This document shows positions 19,015 to 29,371 of a stretch of 64,000 nt of DNA, in pieces. The notes under the pieces were generated by a model. That model was not told the origin of the DNA. It worked only from the letters and a program-made list of their open reading frames with translations, and searched no databases. The DNA is taken from sequence record PP620640. One strand, 5' to 3'. Numbering within the stretch: position 1 is the stretch's first letter; each line of letters starts with the position of its first letter. This DNA is from Escherichia phage fKMPT1. The position numbers were made by a program, and so were the translations under genes.

Positions 19015-21249
19015 ATGATTAAGACAATTAAAAAATCAAACGGTACAGTAGTAAGCTTTGACCCAGAAAGACTGAATAAGTGGGCATCATGGGCAGATAA
19101 GCGTGGAATTATCTGGTCAGAAGTCACTATGGAAGCCATGAAGCGTGTCTATGAGGGTTGCACTACAAAAGAGATGCACCAAGCCATGATTGATGTTTGT
19201 GTTGATAAGCAAACTCAAGAGTACTCAGATATGGCTGGGCGGCTACTTCTGGGGATTATCTACAAAGAAGCCTTTGGAGGTTTTACTAAGGTTCCTACGC
19301 TGGTTACCTTCGTTAAAAATATGGAGAGAGCAGGACTTTGGGAGAAAATGGACTATTCTCAGGAAGAGCTTGAATATCTGCAAGGGTACATTGTGCACTC
19401 AAAAGATATCTCTTACGGTTATGCAGTATTGAAACAGTTTAGAGACAAGTATGGTATCCGTGATATTAAAACGGGAAGACTTTTTGAGTCACCACAATTT
19501 ATGTTTATGGGTATGGCTATGAAAGCCTTCGAGAAGCAACCAAAGCACCGTAGGCTGCAAGATGTTATCAAGCTGTACACTTACCTATCTGACCTGAAGA
19601 TTAACGCTCCTACGCCTTATCTGAATGGTTTAAGAGCTACTAAATCAGGTTATGCGTCATGCTGTTTGATTAAGGCAAATGATACTGCCGAATCACTTGG
19701 TATTGCTGCAAAGGTTGCTTATGATATGACTACAAAGCAAGCTGGTATTGGTATGCTTATGGAGACTCGCACTATTGGTGATGGTATCCGTCAAAACACG
19801 ATTGAGCACATGGGTAAGCTGCCTTATTACAAGCTTGTACGTTCATCTGTAGAGGCAAATAAACAGAAGAGTCGTGGTGGTTCAGCTAACAACTTCTACA
19901 CCGCTCTAGACCCGCAGATTGAAGATTTACTGCGTTTGAAGCACCCTACAACAGTTCCTTCGAAACGTATTAACGAGATGGACTACTCATTCGGTACAAA
20001 TGATTATTTCTGGCAGTGTGTTCAGTATGATACAGATTGGTTGCTATTCTCTTACAAGGATGCACCAAAACTTTATGATATGTTCTACACCGCATCTGCT
20101 GATGAGTTTGCTATGGCAGTTGGTCACGCAGTACATTCTGGTGTTAAACACAGACGAGTAAAGGCTCGTGAAATTGCTAAACTGTTTATCCAGCAGCGTT
20201 ACGCAACAGGTCGTGTGTATCCATTCTTCACAAACAATGCAAACACACATACACCATTTAAAGAGCCTTTGAAGATGTCAAATCTGTGTATGGAAATTGT
20301 GTTGCCAGTATACGGCTTTGAGAAAGAGACAGACCTTTACAGAGATGATGCTGTGAAAGAGGATGGTGAGGTAGCTCTTTGCTTCCTAGCTAGTTTGGTT
20401 GCAGGGAGAATTTCAGAAGATGAATACGCTGACGTTGCTTATTATGCTCTTGCAATGGTTGACTCCGTTATTGACCTTATGGATTATCCGTATCCGTCGA
20501 TGCGCAACCATGTTCAGAAGCGTCGCTCTGTTGGTATTGGCCTTACAAATGTGGCTCATTACCTTGCGAAAAACTATGTGAACTATTCTTCAAGAGCAGG
20601 TAAGACAAAGCTTCATGAGCTTGCAGAGATGCACTCTTACTACTTACACGAAGCTTCTTTAAGACTTGCTAAAGAACGTGGTGTACCTGAGTATATGCAG
20701 TTCACTAAATATCCTGAAGGTTGGGTTCCTCCGAAGACAGCTAACAGGAAGATTGATGAAAAGCATGATGCAAAACTACGATATGATTGGGATGACTTAG
20801 CACAACGTATCAAAGAAAATGGTGGAATCCGAAACTCTGTATTAGAAGCTTACATGCCTAATGAAAGTTCTTCACTAGCAACTAATACGACAAATGGCTT
20901 GTACCCAATTCGTGACTTTATTTTAACTAAAAAGTCTGCAACTGGTAACGTACTGTTTATTGTTCCAGATTACGAAGAGTTGAAGTATGTCTATGAAATT
21001 GCTTGGGATATTGACACCTTTGACCTGATAGATTGTTATGCAATTGTTCAAAAGTTCACTGGTCAAGCTATCTCTTCAGATTTCTATGTTGACTATGCAA
21101 AGTCTAAGAAGGTATCATTGGCTCAAGCTCTGAAGTACATGATTTATGCCAACTCGGTAGGTATGAAAACCATGTACTACCTTAACAGTCGCATCGGTGT
21201 AGGTAAATCTGCACTGCAAGATGCTTATTGCGAGGGTTGTGGTGTTTAG
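19015..21249 (+). CDS. nrdA: ribonucleotide reductase class I large subunit
   Basis: 744 aa; N-terminal ATP-cone-like region, active-site SNLCMEI motif. Confidence 0.9.
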   Translation: MIKTIKKSNGTVVSFDPERLNKWASWADKRGIIWSEVTMEAMKRVYEGCTTKEMHQAMIDVCVDKQTQEYSDMAGRLLLGIIYKEAFGGFTKVPTLVTFVKNMERAGLWEKMDYSQEELEYLQGYIVHSKDISYGYAVLKQFRDKYGIRDIKTGRLFESPQFMFMGMAMKAFEKQPKHRRLQDVIKLYTYLSDLKINAPTPYLNGLRATKSGYASCCLIKANDTAESLGIAAKVAYDMTTKQAGIGMLMETRTIGDGIRQNTIEHMGKLPYYKLVRSSVEANKQKSRGGSANNFYTALDPQIEDLLRLKHPTTVPSKRINEMDYSFGTNDYFWQCVQYDTDWLLFSYKDAPKLYDMFYTASADEFAMAVGHAVHSGVKHRRVKAREIAKLFIQQRYATGRVYPFFTNNANTHTPFKEPLKMSNLCMEIVLPVYGFEKETDLYRDDAVKEDGEVALCFLASLVAGRISEDEYADVAYYALAMVDSVIDLMDYPYPSMRNHVQKRRSVGIGLTNVAHYLAKNYVNYSSRAGKTKLHELAEMHSYYLHEASLRLAKERGVPEYMQFTKYPEGWVPPKTANRKIDEKHDAKLRYDWDDLAQRIKENGGIRNSVLEAYMPNESSSLATNTTNGLYPIRDFILTKKSATGNVLFIVPDYEELKYVYEIAWDIDTFDLIDCYAIVQKFTGQAISSDFYVDYAKSKKVSLAQALKYMIYANSVGMKTMYYLNSRIGVGKSALQDAYCEGCGV

Positions 21250-21304
21250 TTTTAATAACTATGAGGGTCGTAAAAGACCCTCTAAAATTAACTTTGGAGA
21301 AACT

Positions 21305-21562
21305 ATGAAAGATTTGATAGCGAATCACGAATGGCCCATATACTTGCTCCACAAACCTCGGAAAACGATGTACTATGTGAGTAGCACAGACATGATGATA
21401 AAACAAAATGATGACTCATGGGTCGAGGGTGTCTCTTACATCTCTACAGCAGATGGTAAAATCTATGCAAGACCTTATGACATGTTTAACAAAGAAAATT
21501 GGGAAGTTTTAGACAGAAAACAAGCCTTAGAGATGATAAAGAAAGGAGAAATCACACTATGA
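21305..21562 (+). CDS. hypothetical protein
   Basis: 85-aa ORF between nrdA and nrdB, start MKDLIANHEW after GGAGA. Confidence 0.4.
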   Translation: MKDLIANHEWPIYLLHKPRKTMYYVSSTDMMIKQNDDSWVEGVSYISTADGKIYARPYDMFNKENWEVLDRKQALEMIKKGEITL

Positions 21563-22632
21563 TTAACCAACACCCAATCTTTTTAGGTGGTGAGAGAAAG
21601 ACATTTGACTCACTTAACAAGCACTACCCAAAAATCTTTGAACTCTATAAACAACAAAAAGCACAAGACTGGTCAGAAGATGAGTTCCCTTTTGAACAAT
21701 CACGTCTTGATTTTGAGAGTGTGCCAGCATCAATGTCAGGTGTAATGCTTGAGATTCTTAAGTGGCAGTGGGAAGCAGATACCCAAGTTGCTAAGAGTTT
21801 AGCGTTTGCTTTTGCACCATTCATCTCTGATGACATTTATGCAACTGCAATTATGAAGCAGTCTGAGATTGAAAACCTACATGCTCTTACTTACTCAGAG
21901 ATTGTAAGGCAATGTATTAAAAATCCTGAGACAATCTTAGATGAGATTAACCAGAACGTTGCTGTACAAGACCGATTAAAAACTGTGAATCGTGTTCTTG
22001 AAGAATTACTGGATGAAGGTATAAACTATCGGCTGAGTTATGTCCGTGACTCACTTCTGGACAAAGACCCTTTACACTTCCATAAAGTGATTCTAAAAGG
22101 TCTATTTGCAGTGACTGCACTTGAAGGTATTTCTTTTATGGCATCCTTTGCATGTACTTTTGCACTTGATGCTCAAGATAAATTTCAGGGTATTGCTCAA
22201 GCTGTCCAGAAAATTATGCTTGATGAAATTCTTCACACTAAAATTGATATTGAAGTTTTAAAAGAAACTTTAAGAGATGATGAGTGGCAAAAAGCTTTCC
22301 AACAAATTCTTCCAGAGATTAAAGTAATCTTAGATGAAGTAGTTGAAAGTGAAGAAAAATGGTCGTATTATATCTTCTCCGAAGGACGTGCTGTAGTTGG
22401 TTTAAATACAAAGCTTCTTCATGAGTGGGTTTACTATAATGCTGCCCCACTGTATGATATGTTTGGCATTCCCAGAGATTTTGTAGCTCCTAAAGAACCA
22501 CCTTTGAAGTATATGATTAAGAAGATGGAAATTGATAAAGAGCAGAATGCTAATCAGGAGCAACAGAACGGTGCGTACTTATTGAATACTGTTGTAGATG
22601 ATTTGAATAGTGGATTTTTAGAGGTTCCTTAA
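21559..22632 (+). CDS. nrdB: ribonucleotide reductase class I small subunit
   Basis: Start MINQHPIF after AAAGGAG; di-iron ligand-like E...H segments. Confidence 0.85.
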   Translation: MINQHPIFLGGERKTFDSLNKHYPKIFELYKQQKAQDWSEDEFPFEQSRLDFESVPASMSGVMLEILKWQWEADTQVAKSLAFAFAPFISDDIYATAIMKQSEIENLHALTYSEIVRQCIKNPETILDEINQNVAVQDRLKTVNRVLEELLDEGINYRLSYVRDSLLDKDPLHFHKVILKGLFAVTALEGISFMASFACTFALDAQDKFQGIAQAVQKIMLDEILHTKIDIEVLKETLRDDEWQKAFQQILPEIKVILDEVVESEEKWSYYIFSEGRAVVGLNTKLLHEWVYYNAAPLYDMFGIPRDFVAPKEPPLKYMIKKMEIDKEQNANQEQQNGAYLLNTVVDDLNSGFLEVP

Positions 22633-22874
22633 TGACTTATGTAATTTACTCCAAAACTGGATGCCCTCAGTGTGAGACTGCAAAGAATTTTGCAAAAGCT
22701 CGTGGTATTGACCATGTTGTGAGAATGTTAGGGCAGGATTATGAACTGTCAGACCTGATGGATATTGCACAGATGCCAGTTCGTCAGATGCCATTCATCA
22801 TGAAGACTGATGGTCAAAATCTAAAACCTGTTGGGACGCTACAGAATTTTATGGCAGAGGTGAATAATGCTTAA
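22632..22874 (+). CDS. glutaredoxin-like (NrdH/NrdC-type) redoxin
   Basis: 80 aa with CPQC active site. Confidence 0.75.
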   Translation: MTYVIYSKTGCPQCETAKNFAKARGIDHVVRMLGQDYELSDLMDIAQMPVRQMPFIMKTDGQNLKPVGTLQNFMAEVNNA

Positions 22875-23073
22875 ACGCCTTTGGGAAGGTTTGGTTGTTG
22901 ATGCACCAGCCATTGTGATTGGTATGCTTGTTGTTAACCTATTTACTGATTTTGAACAAGGTTCATTGTTTGGAGCCATGCTATTATGGGTTATCTTTGA
23001 AATATTAGAGATACAGCTAGGCATCACTGAAAAACTAAGAAAACTCGTTTCAAAGTTTTCTAAAAAGATTTAA
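22867..23073 (+). CDS. small membrane protein
   Basis: 68 aa, two hydrophobic segments. Confidence 0.4.
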   Translation: MLKRLWEGLVVDAPAIVIGMLVVNLFTDFEQGSLFGAMLLWVIFEILEIQLGITEKLRKLVSKFSKKI

Positions 23074-23081
23074 AATGAAAG

Positions 23082-23104
23082 GGTCTCTTCGGAGACCTTT
23101 TTAG
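23082..23104 (+). terminator. rho-independent terminator
   Basis: gggtctc-ttcg-gagacc hairpin + TTTT. Confidence 0.6.
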
Positions 23105-23121
23105 CATGTAAAGGGGCAATA

Positions 23122-25266
23122 ATGAACAAAGTACAGATTATTAAAAAGAATGGCTCACTTGAAGAACCTGATATCAAAAAAGTTTTAGCAGCAGTAACTA
23201 AGTCAGCTAATAGGGTTGGGTATAAAGAACTCCCACCAGATGTTACCCAAGCTCTTGAGTCAGCATTCATGAGGATTCTGGTGAAGTCCACTAAGCAGAA
23301 TAATTTGCTCATCTCGGTAAATGACATTCACAGTATTGTTGAGGGTGCTTTGGCAGAAGTCAATCACGAGATTTACGAGTCTTACTCAACATATAGAAAT
23401 TACCGTAAAGAGGTTGCTCAAAATTGGGATGAGCTTTACCAAAAGACTAGAGACACACTCTTCTTAGGTGACCGTGAAAATGCTAACTTTGACAGCAGTT
23501 TAATCTCTACAAAAGGCTCAATTATTCGTGGTTATCTGACTAAAGAAATCTTTAAACAGTACCATTTAACACCAGAAGAACTCGAAGCCATTGAACAAGG
23601 GTTTATCTACATCCATGACTTAAGAGACCTAATTTTTGGTGGTATTAACTGTTGCTTGTTTGACATTGGTAAAGTACTGAAAGGTGGCTTTGAAATGTCT
23701 GGCATCGAATACTGTGAACCGAAGTCTGTACTGTCAGCCTTACAAGTCATCGGTGATGTAGTTCTTTCAGCAACTGCACAGCAATTTGGTGGCTTTACTT
23801 TAGCAGAGATTGATAAGGTACTTGTACCGTATGCTAAGAAGTCTCTACGCTATCATGCTGAGAAAGCAGCATCTTACGGTATTCCTAAAGAACATTACCA
23901 TAACTATGTCATGGAGCAGCTACAGATTGAATTAACTCAAGGCTTCCAGTCACTAGAGATGAAGCTAAATACTGTACCTTGTAGCCGTGGTGATTTCGCA
24001 TTCACAACTTTAACATTTGGGTTGCTCGACTCAGATATGTCTAATGAAGACAACAGACTGCAATACATGATTGCAAGTACTCTCCTAGATGTTCGTATGA
24101 ATGGGCAAGGTAAGAGCAAAAAACCTGTTGTATTCCCTAAACTGGTTTATATCTACGACCAGAAGAGACATGATGAAAATATCTGTCAAGGTCACCTGTA
24201 CAGTAAAGCTATCGAGTGTTGCTCTAAAGCAATGTATCCAGATTTCTTAAGTGTATCTGGTCACGGTGCTGTAGCAGAGGCTTTTGAGCGTTCTGGTAAG
24301 GTAATTTCACCGATGGGTTGCAGAGCTTTCTTGTCTCCATATCTTAACGATGATGGGGAAGAGTTCTACGTTGGTCGTGCTAACATTGGTGCTGTGTCTT
24401 TGAACTTGCCAATGATTTACCAGTATTCTAAAGAGAATGGTTTAGATTTCTGGAAAGAGCTTGATAAGTACCTAGAGATGATTCGCAGCTTCCACAAGAA
24501 ACGCTACGAAATGATTGCTAATATGCCAGCAAGTTCTAACCCTCTTGCATTCACACAAGGTGGTCTGTACAAAGGTACTAAGAAATCTACTGACAAGGTT
24601 GGCTGGGATATCGTGAAGTCCTTCACAGCTTCTTTTGGGGTTACTGCACTTGATGAGTTATCTGTTCTTGCTGAAGGTAAACGACTTCATGAAGTTGGAA
24701 GCTATAGTTTCGCATACGATGTTCTGGCATACATCAACATGAAAACTGAAGAGTTTAAAAATGAAGATGGCTTCTTATATGCTGTCTATGGTACTCCAGC
24801 AGAATCACTTTGTGGAACTCAGCTAAAACAGTTCAGAGATATGTTTGGCGTTATTAAAGGCGTTTCTGACAAGGAATACTTCACAAACAGTTTTCATATG
24901 AATGTTGCAGCAGACATCTCACCATTTGAGAAGCAGGACTTAGAAGAGCCATTCTTCCATATCTGTAGAGGCGGTAGAATCCAGTATGTAAGGGTAGCTA
25001 ACCCAGAAAACTTAACAGCACTTAAAAGTTGTATTACAAGAGGGATGTTGAAGGGTTTTTATCAGGGACTTAACTTTGACTTAGCAATCTGTGAACATTG
25101 TGGTAGCAGACCAAAGGCTGATGTTGAAGAATGTGAGGTTTGCCATTCACATGATATCTCTGTGATTAACAGGGTGTGCGGGTACTTGGGGTGGACTAAG
25201 ATTAAAGGTGAATCCCGAATGAATGATGCAAAAATTGCTGAGATTCGTGATAGAGTATCTATGTAA
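23122..25266 (+). CDS. nrdD: anaerobic ribonucleotide reductase (class III)
   Basis: 714 aa; C-terminal Zn site CEHCGS...CEVCHS and glycyl-radical motif RVCGYLG. Confidence 0.9.
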   Translation: MNKVQIIKKNGSLEEPDIKKVLAAVTKSANRVGYKELPPDVTQALESAFMRILVKSTKQNNLLISVNDIHSIVEGALAEVNHEIYESYSTYRNYRKEVAQNWDELYQKTRDTLFLGDRENANFDSSLISTKGSIIRGYLTKEIFKQYHLTPEELEAIEQGFIYIHDLRDLIFGGINCCLFDIGKVLKGGFEMSGIEYCEPKSVLSALQVIGDVVLSATAQQFGGFTLAEIDKVLVPYAKKSLRYHAEKAASYGIPKEHYHNYVMEQLQIELTQGFQSLEMKLNTVPCSRGDFAFTTLTFGLLDSDMSNEDNRLQYMIASTLLDVRMNGQGKSKKPVVFPKLVYIYDQKRHDENICQGHLYSKAIECCSKAMYPDFLSVSGHGAVAEAFERSGKVISPMGCRAFLSPYLNDDGEEFYVGRANIGAVSLNLPMIYQYSKENGLDFWKELDKYLEMIRSFHKKRYEMIANMPASSNPLAFTQGGLYKGTKKSTDKVGWDIVKSFTASFGVTALDELSVLAEGKRLHEVGSYSFAYDVLAYINMKTEEFKNEDGFLYAVYGTPAESLCGTQLKQFRDMFGVIKGVSDKEYFTNSFHMNVAADISPFEKQDLEEPFFHICRGGRIQYVRVANPENLTALKSCITRGMLKGFYQGLNFDLAICEHCGSRPKADVEECEVCHSHDISVINRVCGYLGWTKIKGESRMNDAKIAEIRDRVSM

Positions 25267-25328
25267 AACTTGACAAGGTGGTGTGGGTCTTGGTAGGCTT
25301 ACATCACCTTTTTTATTGGAGTTGCATT

Positions 25329-25673
25329 ATGGGCTTATGGCTTTATGTAGCAGTTGGTGGACTTGCATGTGTTATAATCTTAGTTGTTCTTGGAGTAATG
25401 CGATTCAAAGACATCATACGGTCAGATTTTTGGCCTGATTTTATTTTAAAATCTGTAGCAGTTGTGGTCATTATACTTTGTGTTTTTGTTGTGTACTACG
25501 CATATAAAACTATAATATGGATGGACACAAGCAACTGTGTAAAAACCTCTCAACATCGTGAAGTTACCTACTTTGTAAGTGTGTTAAGTGGGAGCACCAC
25601 TATACTTGTTCCACAAACTTCTGTAGAGTATCTTTACACATGTGATAATGGTAAAACTATATGGTGGAATTAA
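25329..25673 (+). CDS. membrane protein
   Basis: multiple hydrophobic helices; start after GGAG. Confidence 0.45.
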   Translation: MGLWLYVAVGGLACVIILVVLGVMRFKDIIRSDFWPDFILKSVAVVVIILCVFVVYYAYKTIIWMDTSNCVKTSQHREVTYFVSVLSGSTTILVPQTSVEYLYTCDNGKTIWWN

Positions 25674-25675
25674 CA

Positions 25676-25876
25676 ATGACAACACTCTTAAAGGTATTGA
25701 CACCCATACTACACATAGCAATCTTCTTCTTTGGTGTTAGTGTTATGGTGTGGGGTTTTTCAGACCCACAATGGGGTTTCTCATATCATGGTCAGATGGA
25801 TTTATGGTCATGCTTCAAACCATTCTTAGGGTTAGCTATAGCATTCAGTGCATTACCAACTAAGGTGAAATTATGA
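25676..25876 (+). CDS. small membrane protein
   Basis: 66 aa hydrophobic. Confidence 0.4.
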   Translation: MTTLLKVLTPILHIAIFFFGVSVMVWGFSDPQWGFSYHGQMDLWSCFKPFLGLAIAFSALPTKVKL

Positions 25877-26268
25877 TTAAGTTGAACAAAAAACAGCTAG
25901 AGTGGATTAAAGATTACGCCTCAGAGTGTGGCTCTTGCGAAAAGAATCACGTAAGATATTCAGCATTCCATACGACCTTCACATTGTACATCAGTGACAA
26001 CGTTCTAAGTGATTCCGTAGAAGATGGTGTAGCGTTGCCTAATGAATTACTTGATAAATTAGCTATAGTCACTGGAACTTGGTCTGAAGAAGACGGTCAT
26101 GAATTATTTGACAATGTTGTCTTCTACAGTCTTGAAAACATTATGAATCCAGAGTACATTATGCTAATGACTTGTGCACAAGACTGTGTGCCATTACAAA
26201 ACTTCATTAAAGAGCACTGTGAAGAGTTTATTACTAAACAGGTTCCTTGTCAGGTGGTGTTTGAATGA
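25873..26268 (+). CDS. hypothetical protein
   Basis: 131-aa ORF. Confidence 0.5.
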   Translation: MIKLNKKQLEWIKDYASECGSCEKNHVRYSAFHTTFTLYISDNVLSDSVEDGVALPNELLDKLAIVTGTWSEEDGHELFDNVVFYSLENIMNPEYIMLMTCAQDCVPLQNFIKEHCEEFITKQVPCQVVFE

Positions 26269-26564
26269 GTAAAACAATTCGAAGAAAAGGTTTAAAGAAC
26301 GTTCATGGACTTTATGAGTGGAGAAATGAGGTACGTAACAGAGAAAATGCTTCAGAGGTCTACTACCACTCTGATATGATGTCCAGAAAAGGTGGCTCTT
26401 ACGACTTCACAAGTCAGCCTTGTAGAGAGATTAAGAAGGCTACTAAACGTCTTACAAGAACACAAATAAGGCAGCTTTCTAAGACATCCTACTTAGATGA
26501 AGACTTTGACATTGATAGTAAGTCTCCAAAGAAAGCTGCTCAGAGCACTTATATGTATTGGTGA
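26265..26564 (+). CDS. hypothetical protein
   Basis: 99-aa ORF. Confidence 0.5.
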   Translation: MSKTIRRKGLKNVHGLYEWRNEVRNRENASEVYYHSDMMSRKGGSYDFTSQPCREIKKATKRLTRTQIRQLSKTSYLDEDFDIDSKSPKKAAQSTYMYW

Positions 26565-26573
26565 GGTAACTAG

Positions 26574-27059
26574 ATGAATTACATGGAGATTCGGCCATTT
26601 GACACAGCTAATGGTGAAGGGGTTCGTGTAAGCCTCTTTGTAGCTGGTTGTAAGCACCACTGTGAAGGCTGCTTTAACAGGGAATCTTGGAAGTTTAATG
26701 CTGGTAAAGAGTTTACTTATGCAAACCTCTACGGCATCATTAAGTTAATGGATGATGAGGCCATCAGTGGTTTGTCAATACTTGGTGGAGAACCTCTGGA
26801 TGATAGAAATATTCAAGAGGTTACCAACATATGCAAACGTATTAAAACTGTTTATCCAGAAAAGTCTATATGGCTTTGGACTGGTTTTCAACTGCACGAA
26901 AAAATCCACTTAGATGTAATGAAATATGTTGACGTGGTGATTGATGGTAAGTATGATTCATCTAAACCAACAGTTAAACCATATCGTGGTTCTGATAACC
27001 AAAACCTCTGGAGAAAAGAGTATGGGTGGCAAGGTGATTGTCAATGGCGAGCAGAATGA
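26574..27059 (+). CDS. nrdG: anaerobic RNR activating protein (radical SAM)
   Basis: 161 aa; CKHHCEGC radical-SAM-type cysteine cluster. Confidence 0.85.
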   Translation: MNYMEIRPFDTANGEGVRVSLFVAGCKHHCEGCFNRESWKFNAGKEFTYANLYGIIKLMDDEAISGLSILGGEPLDDRNIQEVTNICKRIKTVYPEKSIWLWTGFQLHEKIHLDVMKYVDVVIDGKYDSSKPTVKPYRGSDNQNLWRKEYGWQGDCQWRAE

Positions 27060-27297
27060 TTATTCTGGCAAGTGGACTTACGACATCAACAAGTTAGATG
27101 CTTGGATGATTTACACAAGAGAAAAATTTGGCGAACGTTCATTATGTGCTCTTGCAACGATGGTGAAGAACGTTACCTTTGTCATTCATGAATCAGATAA
27201 GTTTGGAGACTTCTACAGGATTCAAAACATCAGAGAAGGTATAACTCCAATCGGTATCACTGAAGAAGAACTTCATAAGTTCTGTATTAAACTTTAA
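27022..27297 (+). CDS. hypothetical protein
   Basis: 91-aa ORF overlapping nrdG 3' end. Confidence 0.35.
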   Translation: MGGKVIVNGEQNDYSGKWTYDINKLDAWMIYTREKFGERSLCALATMVKNVTFVIHESDKFGDFYRIQNIREGITPIGITEEELHKFCIKL

Positions 27298-27312
27298 TGA
27301 GAGAGACTAAAA

Positions 27313-27579
27313 ATGGGAATTTTAGGTAATATGAAAGCTGGCTTCTTGAAGGCACTGGCAAAAGCAGCAGCAATCATTTCTATGACTGGGAAGCAGGTTG
27401 GTGTAGATGCTTCAGCAATTGCACAGGTTCTTGCAAGCCAAATTGAACAGCAGCCTTACATCCACGTTGGACGTGGTAAAGGTGGTAAGAAGCAGGCTCA
27501 TCGTAAATCTGGTGCAGCAGCTATTAAACGAGCAGCTAAAAAAGCTCGTAACCGTAAACGTAACAAGAAGGTTAAATAA
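27313..27579 (+). CDS. small protein with highly basic C-terminus
   Basis: C-terminal KRAAKKARNRKRNKKVK. Confidence 0.5.
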   Translation: MGILGNMKAGFLKALAKAAAIISMTGKQVGVDASAIAQVLASQIEQQPYIHVGRGKGGKKQAHRKSGAAAIKRAAKKARNRKRNKKVK

Positions 27580-27581
27580 TC

Positions 27582-27893
27582 ATGAGCAAAGTTTATAACA
27601 CTCGCAAGATTCAGATTTTAGCACTTTGTCAGTTCATGCTTGACAAACATAATGCTCACTATTGTGGGACTGGCTTCTTGTGTTTTGACCGAAAGTATAT
27701 ACCTTTCAAAGAGGCTGTAAAGCTCTACAATGAGCATGATGAAAGTGACAAAGAGTTAAAACAACTTAAGCTGACTTATGACAAGAAGCATAAGAAGATT
27801 GTTTGCCTGAACAATTATATCAAGCCAACTGAAGTACTGAAGTCAACGCTTGGTGAAGGTGAATTTGAAAAAGTCTTGAAGGCTATCCAATAA
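27582..27893 (+). CDS. hypothetical protein
   Basis: 103-aa ORF, terminator follows. Confidence 0.5.
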   Translation: MSKVYNTRKIQILALCQFMLDKHNAHYCGTGFLCFDRKYIPFKEAVKLYNEHDESDKELKQLKLTYDKKHKKIVCLNNYIKPTEVLKSTLGEGEFEKVLKAIQ

Positions 27894-27945
27894 GCTTGTA
27901 TGATTAGGGAACTGTAAAAGGTTCCCTTTTTATTTTGGAGAAAAT

Positions 27946-28479
27946 ATGTATCTGGCAAACCTTAAGCGCTCTGCTGCAATGTCTGTCCTTCGTCTTGACT
28001 TTGATGAGCGTCAAGAATTTATAGACTCCCACAAGTATGACCCTTCAAATTCTAATCACATGGTTCTTTGGAATCGTGGAAGCTTCCGTGATAAATCCCT
28101 CTTCAGATACTACCCACATTACACCATTGATAACCTGTATGAGTACTGCGTTGTCAAAAACACTATTACAGTACTTAATAAACTATGCAAATACTCTGAC
28201 AAGAGAGCCTTCACATTAGGTCACCACACACCTGTTACAAAAGGTGGCGAGCATCACTGTACAAACTGGTTTATCCAAACTAAAGCTGATAATCAGAAGC
28301 AAGGGGATAACCTACTAAGTACTCCTAAGATGACCTATGAAGAGCAAGAGAAATATATCAAAAATAATATGCCAGATGTGCTTGACAACAACTATACAGA
28401 TTTGGCAATATCTCTCCTGTTGAAGTTCGAGACAGTTTATAGGGCAACTTACAATGGCAGTAACAAACGTAACTTTTGA
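27946..28479 (+). CDS. HNH endonuclease
   Basis: GHHTPVTKGGEHHCTNWFIQTKADNQKQGDN HNH motif. Confidence 0.7.
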   Translation: MYLANLKRSAAMSVLRLDFDERQEFIDSHKYDPSNSNHMVLWNRGSFRDKSLFRYYPHYTIDNLYEYCVVKNTITVLNKLCKYSDKRAFTLGHHTPVTKGGEHHCTNWFIQTKADNQKQGDNLLSTPKMTYEEQEKYIKNNMPDVLDNNYTDLAISLLLKFETVYRATYNGSNKRNF

Positions 28480-28494
28480 TTGAGAGAGAAAACT

Positions 28495-28950
28495 ATGATT
28501 TTTTGCAGCTTCCAAAAAAGAATTATTGAGATTCTATACAATAAGTTTGGGACAGATAACACATTTGACTCAAATGAAGCTATTGAAGCCCTACAAGAAG
28601 GAAGTGATTACATCAAAAAACAGCCAATAGCAAACATCAGGTACTACTTGACTCAGATGAGAAAGTGGGGTGTGCTCATCGTGGTAGGACAGATTAAGCA
28701 ACAAGGGAGGATGCTCATCAACCAATTAAATAGGGGTTTTATTGAGAAGCACATTCAGCTAGAATATTTACTTAAAGAGCCACGAAACCAACGTGAAGAA
28801 CAGCAAAAAGACTTAAGTGATGGTGTAGGTGTGTCTCCAGACATAAAATTCTTTATTGGTGAGTTGATGTTTGATACACTCCAAGACGCTGTCGAACACT
28901 GCAAAAAGTATATTATCAAAGTAAAACGTGCAAAAATTATTTGGGAGTAA
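28495..28950 (+). CDS. paralog family member A1 (unknown function)
   Basis: MIFCSFQKRIIEILY...EAVEHCKKYIIKVKRAKIIWE; tandem paralog set. Confidence 0.6.
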   Translation: MIFCSFQKRIIEILYNKFGTDNTFDSNEAIEALQEGSDYIKKQPIANIRYYLTQMRKWGVLIVVGQIKQQGRMLINQLNRGFIEKHIQLEYLLKEPRNQREEQQKDLSDGVGVSPDIKFFIGELMFDTLQDAVEHCKKYIIKVKRAKIIWE

Positions 28951-28954
28951 TAAC

Positions 28955-29350
28955 ATGTTTGAGCTTCTGAAGGTTCTGTATATAACTTTTGGCTATGATA
29001 AAACATTTTCTGGCTCACAGCTAACTAAGGTTTTTAATAAATATCTACCACATGCTTCAATCAGGGATAAAGCTAATTGGTCTCACAGATTACGTAAAAG
29101 TGGGTATATTAGCGTTGTTGGAGCGACAGGCTTTAATAATGAGTATCTTATGAGAATCAATGAAAGCAAAGCTAAAAAGGTGCTTTTAAATTGTAATGAC
29201 CATCAACAAAAGTATGAAGAGGCTAGTGTAGGTGAAGTAGGGTACTTCATAGGTGACATACACTTTACCAGTATGGAGGCAGCAGTTGAGCATTGTAAGA
29301 AAACGGTTATCCAAACAAAAAGAAAGCGTATTGTTTGGGAAGAAGTTTAA
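28955..29350 (+). CDS. paralog family member B1 (unknown function)
   Basis: MFELLKVLYITFGYD...AVEHCKKTVIQTKRKRIVWE. Confidence 0.6.
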   Translation: MFELLKVLYITFGYDKTFSGSQLTKVFNKYLPHASIRDKANWSHRLRKSGYISVVGATGFNNEYLMRINESKAKKVLLNCNDHQQKYEEASVGEVGYFIGDIHFTSMEAAVEHCKKTVIQTKRKRIVWEEV

Positions 29351-29371
29351 ACATTTGATTAGGAATACACT

